Translations under genes and position numbers: made by a program
Part shown: piece after piece, positions 54,657 to 64,000 of the stretch
How positions within the stretch are numbered: the stretch's first letter is position 1
Layout of the letters: the number at the start of each line of letters is the position of its first letter
Origin: Octopus vulgaris
Taxonomy: Eukaryota
Length of the DNA: 64,000 bases
Assembly: GCA_951406725.2 (NCBI GenBank)
Contig: OX597816.1
Coordinates: 43,338,001 to 43,402,000 of the forward strand
Reading direction: 5' to 3'
The notes under the pieces: model-generated
The model's input: the letters and a program-made list of their open reading frames with translations, nothing else
The model's database searches: none
What the model was told of the DNA's origin: nothing

Positions 54657-56472
54657 GTATGCATGTATGTGTCTGTGTTTGCGTTTGTCTCAGGCCACCA
54701 CTCGACAACCTGTGATAATTTGTTTAGTCCTTGTATCATTGCGAATTGGCAAAAGAAATCGATAGAATAAGTTCCAGGCTCAAGCAAAGTACAGGTGTTG
54801 TCTTCTTCCACTAAAGCCGTCGTGGTAGCGCACCAGGACATTCGCAGTCTGCAGCAAGTGAATTAAACCTAGAACCAAATCACAGACAGATCTGGAATAT
54901 AGAGACCATGTCAATGAAGAATCCGAGATTTGCGACGAAAAGACTTGGGCAATCATAACTGATTGATTGATTAAACTGATAGATTAATCAAATTGTTGTT
55001 CGATTAAAAAGCTACACAATTGAATATTAATAACAAAGAAGTGAAACTGAACTAGTGCGTGTGTTTATTATTGGTGTTTTAGGTTTAATTTTAATTAAAA
55101 CCCTTCCAAAATTAATTTTGAAACCGTCGTAGTCTCGGCTTATTGCGATATTAACTTTTGGTCCACTTTTCCCCCACAGTCATCATAATTAATAAATTTT
55201 TATTGAGTAAATGATACAGTATAGAGATCATAGATATAAAGGCACACAAGTTTACTGTATGGTGCTGCCATATTGCATGTTATATATCATATAACTACAG
55301 ATTTTGCTTTGAGTTAGATTTCTCAAACAAACCTCCCCCATCAGTTGCAGAGATGGTAGCAGACATACATGTGTTAGTAATTTTGCAAGGATTAACCCGA
55401 TCCAAAAATACGCTTGTATACACATGTATTTAATATATCAATACAATTGTATGTATATACATATATGTACACACACACATACACATACACATACACAAAC
55501 ACACAAACACACTCACATATGTAAATATGCATTTGAGTATATATACGAATGAATCTATTATGCAGTATTATAACCCAATTTATATGTATGTAACATAAGT
55601 ATTATCACTATTACATCTATTTTTCCTTCTTTTCTTATTTTTCTTTCATATGCTGCCTTGGTATTAAAAACATACATTTCAACAGTCAAAGAATTTCAAT
55701 AAATATATCTGAACTTGAAATCTTTGCCTCTGTAAAAGAATACTTCTCCAAAATTTCATATGTACAGAGAAATTTAGGTTAATTCAAGAATTGCATAACA
55801 TTGGCGACTATATATTTCTATATTCCACTAAGTTTTTACAGAGATGAAAGCTAACAGAAGCGGCATTGACTCATGTATTGAATTACTTGTGTATTTCGAC
55901 CATGAGCATGTATGTATATATATATATATATATATACATACATAGACACACACACGTACACTCATATATATACATGCATAAGTATGGTTATGTATATATG
56001 TAAACACACATAAGCATGAGCACAGAATGCAGATATACATATACATAGATATACATATAAGTGCATTTGCTTCTTTATCCGTGTGAGTGTCTATACATGA
56101 AATAGTATGTATTCAAACACACTTACTGATTCAGTTACATTTGTATACACGTATCTGAACAGGGAGACGTATGTTCATGTATAATGTGTATATGCATTTT
56201 TGCTTCCTGCTTTTTTGCTTTCCTTTTTAAATTTTTTTCTTTCGCTTTTTTTTTCTGTATGCTTATAATCACGCATATCTCTATGTAAATACAATTTCGC
56301 TTGTAGTATACCATCGATATTTAAGATTCCAGTACATATTACTCTCCCTTTCTCTTTCTCCCTTTGCTGCATGTGTATATTCGTGTATGCATGTATGTAT
56401 GTAACCACGTGTGGATTGTTGGTGATTTATTTCCACCGTTTTCCTTTTCTCTTGGACTTTCCTCCGTCTCCT

Positions 56473-56507
56473 GTTTCTGACGAAGAGCTTTACTCGAAAC
56501 GTAAAAC
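56473..56507 (+). ncRNA. Minimal type I hammerhead in a solo, diverged copy (~56400-56607) of the 46.3-kb family, ending at (TA)n
   Basis: GTTT-CTGACGA-A-GAG-CTTTA-CTC-GAAACGTA-AAAC. Confidence 0.8.
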
Positions 56508-56604
56508 TATTTTTGTCCTTCACTGAACGTCTGCTAATAATCTCCATGCACCACGTCCTCAAGTTGTTTTTTCTTGTATTTGTCCTCGTCTTTCTCTTGG
56601 TTAA

Positions 56605-56640
<36 letters not shown>

Positions 56641-56641
<1 letters not shown>

Positions 56642-56849
56642 TCTTTAGTCTTTTACTTGTTTCAGTCATTTGACTGCGGCCATGCTGGTGCACCGCCTTT
56701 AATCGAGCAACTCGACCCCGGGACTTATTCTTTGTAAGCCCAGTACTTATTCTATCGGTCTCTTTTTGCCGAACCGCTAAGTGACGGGGACATAAACACA
56801 CCAGCATCGGTTGTCAAGCAATGCTAGGGGGACAAACACAGACACACAA

Positions 56850-56922
<73 letters not shown>

Positions 56923-57087
56923 TACGACGGGCTTCTTTCAGTTTCCGTCTAGCAAATCCACTCACAAGGCTTTGGTCGGCCTGAGGCTATAGTAGAAGAC
57001 ATTTGCCCAAGGTGACACGCAGTGGGACTGAACCCAGAACCATATGGTTGGTAAACAAGCTACTTACCACACAGCCACTCCTGCGCC
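56641..57087 (-). mobile_element. SINE family A copy
   Basis: Full-length reverse-complement match. Confidence 0.9.
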
Positions 57088-57107
57088 TATATATATATAT
57101 ATTTATT

Positions 57108-58465
<1,358 letters not shown>

Positions 58466-58556
58466 TACATACATACACATACACAAGTATGCAATACAGC
58501 TTTTCGTTACATTTGGAACACGATGAAATATCATTTCTCCCCAGTGGTGTATTATA

Positions 58557-59194
58557 CAAGGTGCGTAAGATATTTCAAGACAGATTTGTGTTTATAAGAA
58601 GAAAAAAAAAACAGATTTATAGTAACACGTAATAAATTTATTTATCGAAAAATGCTATGAAAAATAAACCTTCTTATCTATAATGTTATTTGATAAAGCC
58701 ACCTTCAGCTTCAGCAACTGTTTCTACATTGAGGTCCAGGAAATAATTGTTATGCCCGGAAGGTTAGATGTGTTTCTGTAAGACTCTGCACTATTACGTA
58801 TGGCACTAGTAACACAGGAACGGATGGCTGAAAATTTTCATGATCACATAACACCTAAAATTTGGCCTGCTAATTCCCCAGCTCTCAATCCATGAGTAGC
58901 GTTGTTGAGAGAGAGTCAACGAAATACGCCCATAACACCAAAGATTCTTTGAAAGCTGCCATAGTCAGAGTAATATCCAAAATTAACTAGTATGACTTGA
59001 TTCGAGCATGTAGATGATATATATCTCATATGGAAGAAGTTGATGAAGCAGTAGGTGGCTTTATTGAATAACATTATAGAAAAGGTTTATTTTAATCCTC
59101 ATAGCACTTTTTGATAAATAAAGTAATTATCTGTTATATATCTGTCTTTCTTTTTATAAACATAAATCTGTCCTCAAATATCTTATGTAACCTA
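58557..59194 (+). mobile_element. Internally deleted Tc1/mariner-superfamily element (maT/DD37D-like) with ~160-bp TIRs
   Basis: TA|CAAGGTGCGTAAGATATTT ... AAATATCTTATGTAACCTA|TA; remnant WMAENFHDHITPKIWPANSPALNP...HNTKDSLKAAI...EAVGGFIE*. Confidence 0.75.
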
Positions 59195-59446
59195 TATATA
59201 TATTTATATATATATATATATATATAGGGAGAGAATTATATTTTCAATAATAATAAGGGTAAAATTAATTAATAATTTTACCAAGCAGTGTTCAGTATGT
59301 AAAGACCATTTACGGTATATTTAAAACATTACTTTATATAATTAGGGTTCAGCAAAAAAGTTTACTGTACCACACACCGAACTTTTAGAAATAGCAGCCA
59401 AAGAATTTAGCTATTTCCTCTACTATAAGTATATATATATATATAT

Positions 59447-59672
59447 AGTTAATCCAAACAAGAAAGCACAAAAAACATAACAACGCGAGAACGTGGAACA
59501 AATATAGTATTATTGGACGCTCAGGAAAGAAGGAAAGAAGGAGGGTTTAACGTTTCGGGCTGAGCTCTTCGTCGGAAACATAGGAGAAGGAAAGATCCAG
59601 AGAAGAGAAGACAGAGGGAAAAAAATCGCCAACGGTACACACGCGGTCACATTTTGAATGACCGGAAGGAAA
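59447..59672 (-). mobile_element. Solo copy of the 46.3-kb hammerhead family, 3' end at (TA)n
   Basis: Colinear with 46502-46704 in reverse; hammerhead at 59545-59579 reads GTTT-CCGACGA-AGAGCTCAGCCC-GAAACGTT-AAAC. Confidence 0.85.
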
Positions 59673-59710
59673 TGTATATATATATATATTTTTTTTTGCT
59701 GAACCCTAAT

Positions 59711-59780
<70 letters not shown>

Positions 59781-60218
59781 GAGCTTCATATATATATATA
59801 TATATGAAGAGCTACGAATCAACTCACAAGGCACTGGCTATTTCGTCAGCCCAGGCCTCAACCCGAACCCGAACCCATACGGTTGGGGTGCAAACTTCTT
59901 ACCACACAGCCATGCCAGTGGAAGAGAAGACGCTATGATAAGCGTATATTACACGAACAGCGGATTATTGCCTATTCCGGATACATAAAAACCTTACATC
60001 TTAATCAAGGTACAAGTAATTCCGCAACATAGAAGTTGATAACTGTTTCGCTCGAGCGTGTAGTATAGAGATAAAAGATGGACAAAGCACGTATGTATGG
60101 CATTGTATCATTTATATGTTTCATGAAAGATGTTACATAAGCCTAACATGTTTTATTAATGATATAAATTATATTAGGCCATATATACTTCCTTGTCTAT
60201 CTTTTATCTTCTGCTTCG

Positions 60219-60316
<98 letters not shown>

Positions 60317-60334
60317 ATATATACATATATATGC

Positions 60335-60365
<31 letters not shown>

Positions 60366-61416
60366 TATATATACATGTATATATATACATATATATGCAT
60401 ATATATACATATATATATATGTATGCATACATATATTTATTTATATATATGCATATTAACATATAGATATATGCACATATATATATAGACATAAATAGGT
60501 ATATATTTATATACATATATATATATATGTATACATATGTATACCTATACATACACACACACACACACGCACACACATATATATATATATATACATATAC
60601 ATAAATAAATAGAATCACATACACACACACACATATTCATGCATATATATATATACACATATATATACATATATATACACATACATAGACACATTATATG
60701 CGAATTTGTGCTTGTGTGTGTGTGATTATATGCGAATTTGTGCTTGTATGCGTGTGTGTGTGTGTGCGCGTATGTGCGTGTGCGTGAAAATATGCCTGGG
60801 ATACATTTTCTGATATTGGTAGAGTGCGTGGTGAGTGTGCACATTTGCAGATAGACAGATAAAACAGACGAAAGGAAGCTGATTAATTCGATGTTCGGTC
60901 TATGTTACAAGGGAAATGAGCTTAACATCAGTTACCGGCATAATATCTTCCTGAAGCATAACCGAAAGATCATTCAATTAAAGGAATGTCTTTACTCTTG
61001 TGGCTTGCGACATAGCAAGTTTGTTTGAAAATTAATAATATGTGTGTTGGTGGTGGTGGTGGTTTTGGTGGTCAAATCTGTAAACTTGGATTCTCATTAA
61101 ACATTGAAACTGATAAAACGATGCAGTGTTTTTGATGTTTTGTTTATATAAACAAAACAAAAATAATAAAAGCCAAAATATGTCAAACAACTAAACCAGA
61201 CAACCAGATAAACAGGCAATCAGCCAAATAGCCTAACAACTTTCTGTCCACTCAAACACAGAACCGACTCACCATCCTGCTTGTCGACCTAACAGCAAAC
61301 CAGTAGACAAACAGACAGACAGACAGACAGACGGACGAACATGCAGATAGACAGACGGACAGTCGGACAGACTGATGGTTAATCCCAAATAAACAGCCAA
61401 TCAACACAGTAAAATA

Positions 61417-61641
61417 TCAACAATTCAAAGAATTCAGGAATTTCATTATTTGTTGTATCCGTGGCAACACTTCAAGCGCTTCCGTCTGATAGTTTTCAAA
61501 CATTGTTTTTAGTGTCTGTTTCACTCTGAGTAATTCCTCCCCACCAGGGTCATTAGTTATAGATTCTACGTAATCAAGAAGTGTTGTGCAGTGCAGCAGA
61601 GTGCAGCAGATCAGAATGCATTTGAAGTTCATCACAGACAT
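61417..61641 (-). CDS. Candidate small secreted protein or first coding exon (74 aa)
   Basis: True ATG, non-repetitive context, N-terminus MNFKCILICCTLLHCTTLLDYVES resembles a signal peptide, followed by an amphipathic helical segment; TATA-like and TCAGTT motifs upstream; no homolog recognised. Confidence 0.35.
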   Translation of the reverse strand: MSVMNFKCILICCTLLHCTTLLDYVESITNDPGGEELLRVKQTLKTMFENYQTEALEVLPRIQQIMKFLNSLNC

Positions 61642-62140
61642 ATATTGTTCGTAGTTGTGACATTACGGGAAATATGTGCCTCTCAAAACGGTCAAGAGTA
61701 ATTAGATTTAGCAAAGATACTTGAATTAGAAAGGAAGCCCTGGGCAAGTAAATATTAAGTATCTTGCCCATGGAAATACAATGTAGTGCGGTGCAACACC
61801 TCCAGCGAGGGAAGGATGCGTTTCCGATGTGGAAGGTAACTATCCTATGGAACTGACCAATTTCTTTATAAATATATCTCCAGCAATGGTGCTTAAGTGA
61901 AATATCTTGTTTGTCTCTTTTGTAGTGTATTGTGATACTTCTTATACAACAAAAATAACAACTAAACTACTACCACTACTACTACTACTACTTCTACTAT
62001 TCGTTTCTGATATAGGTACAACGGGGAATAATTCAGTTTCGCACCTCTCCTTGAAAAATGCATTTTTTGGAAAAAATGTTTTCGGATTCCTACGTATTAG
62101 ATGTTGGAGATTACGAATATGCAATATATATATATATATA

Positions 62141-62354
62141 TTTCTTTACTACCCACAAGGGGCTAAACATAGAGGCGACAAACAAGGACAGACAAACGGA
62201 TTAAGTCGATTATATCGACCCCAGTGCGTAACTGGTACTTAATTTATCGACCCCGAAAGGATGAAAGGCAAAGTCGACCTCGGCGGAATTTGAACTCGGA
62301 ACGTAACGACAGATGAAATACAGCTACGAATTTCGCCCGGCGTGCTAACGTTTC
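62141..62354 (-). mobile_element. SINE family B copy
   Basis: Reverse-complement match to 3851-4082. Confidence 0.88.
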
Positions 62355-62516
62355 TATATATATTACCCCCAACCACACCCTCCTTCCCCTCCCATTTAAA
62401 ATTTTCAACTTTTTCAAAATTTTTCTTCTCAACGTTTTAGATGACGGAGATTCTGGATATGCAAGAAACCACGTTTTGAAGCGTTTTAAATTCAATAAGC
62501 ATATAGATGTGTCTAA

Positions 62517-62583
<67 letters not shown>

Positions 62584-62660
62584 TAGATAGATAGATGGAT
62601 AGATAGATAGATAGATGGATGGATGGATATGGATGGATAGATAGATAGATAGGTAGGTAG

Positions 62661-62743
<83 letters not shown>

Positions 62744-63005
62744 GAATGGATATAGGACCGCCACATTTAGTTCACAAATATATTTTTTGAATAAACGGAT
62801 AGGGATAAATAGATAGACAGACAAATAAATGGATGAAAAAGTTCAAAATTTAAGATTGGGGGAGGGAGTGAAATTTGAAGCCTAGTACTTATTCTATCGG
62901 TCTCTTTTGCCGAACCACTAAGTTACTGGGATATAAACACACCACCATCTGTTGTCAAGCGATGTTCGGGGACAAACACAGACGAACAAACATATACACA
63001 CACAC

Positions 63006-63069
<64 letters not shown>

Positions 63070-63302
63070 ACAACTTCTTAATAAGGAATCTTAATAAGAA
63101 ATTATCAGGTAGATAGCGTGAAAAACCTCATAAGAGAAAAATTTCGAAAATAATTCTTTCTTATTGAACATATTAATTTATATATAGAGGGCATTATTAT
63201 ACAAAGATGCCACACGCTAAGAGGGACAAAAAGTCATTTCTACCAAAAATTTTACTAATCCCACCGAATGCAATCTTTCAAAGCAAGACATTAAAAAAAT
63301 AT

Positions 63303-63351
63303 AGACTTGTATCACCTGTGATTTCGTACTTACGCACTCTTCAGCAAGCCT
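63303..63351 (-). ncRNA. Canonical type I hammerhead ribozyme (mirror of 63832-63880)
   Basis: Exact reverse complement of the plus-strand motif. Confidence 0.9.
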
Positions 63352-63831
63352 GGACGTATCATAAATAAACGGCCCTGTCTCGTCGAAGCCAAGCAGCTAA
63401 CTGCTCAACGTCAACGAAGCACATGGGGAGTTTACATATATTACATCCGGTAAATGGCAGGCTTCTTCGAATTGCATTTCGGGTGGGAAAAGTTTTTTCG
63501 GAATAAAATTATTTAGCAATTAAGGACAACTTCTTAATAAGGAATCTTAATAAATATGTTCAATAAGAAAGAATTATTTTCGAAATTTTTCTCTTATGAG
63601 GTTTTTCACGCTATCTACCTGATAATTTCTTATTAAGATTCCTTATTAAGAAGTTGTCCTTAATTGCTAAATAATTTTATTCCGAAAAAACTTTTCCTAT
63701 CCGAAATGCAATTCGAAGAAGCCTGCCATTTACCGGATGTAATATATGTAAACTCCCCATGTGCTTCGTTGACGTTGAGCAGTTAGCTGCTTGGCTTCGA
63801 CGAGACAGGGCTGTTTATTTATGATACGTCC

Positions 63832-63880
63832 AGGCTTGCTGAAGAGTGCGTAAGTACGAAATCACAGGTGATACAAGTCT
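63832..63880 (+). ncRNA. Canonical type I hammerhead ribozyme
   Basis: AGGCTTG-CTGAAGA-GTGC-GTAA-GTAC-GAAA-TCAC-AG-GTGA-TA-CAAGTCT: 7-bp stem I, GNRA-capped stem II, stem III, predicted cut after AUA at 63873. Confidence 0.92.
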
Positions 63881-64000
63881 ATATTTTTTAAATGTCTTGC
63901 TTTGAAAGATTGCATTCGGTGGGATTAGTAAAATTTTTGGTAGAAATGACTTTTTGTCCCTCTTAGCGTGTGGCATCTTTGTATAATAATGCCCTCTATA

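Larger units (their letters stand above)
63065..64000. mobile_element. Young head-to-head pair of a 456-bp non-coding hammerhead unit (retrozyme or non-autonomous PLE-like), after (TA)n; runs off the window
   Basis: TAAGGACAACTTCTTAATAAGGAATCTTAATAA at 63065 and 63521 (period 456); 63553-64000 is the reverse complement of 63065-63174 followed by that of 63183-63520. Confidence 0.9.

Overview
Eukaryotic, AT-rich, microsatellite-saturated genomic DNA, very likely intergenic or intronic sequence from an octopus (inferred from tRNA-derived SINEs resembling the octopus OK/OR1/OR2 families). Almost all ORFs in the supplied track are microsatellite or SINE artefacts. Recognisable content: one near-intact CR1-group LINE (about 36.9-41.7 kb; ORF1 with a Myb/SANT-like domain and CCCH fingers, ORF2 APE+RT), decayed mariner, Tc1 and maT-like transposons, a non-autonomous Helitron, Merlin-like MITEs (one carrying TTAGGG tracts), an R4/Dong-like endonuclease fragment, many SINEs, and two Penelope-like (GIY-YIG) fragments. 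The most striking signal is a set of about seven sequence-unrelated element families carrying type I hammerhead ribozyme motifs. They sit in or beside (TA)n microsatellites, and six loci form head-to-head palindromes with both 3' ends pointing outward. One is a non-coding 456-nt tandem unit with a canonical hammerhead (retrozyme-like). No host gene is firmly identified; candidates are a signal-peptide ORF at 61.4-61.6 kb and a duplicated exon-like block at 1.4 and 11.56 kb. All alignments and folds were done by eye, and diverged element boundaries are approximate.
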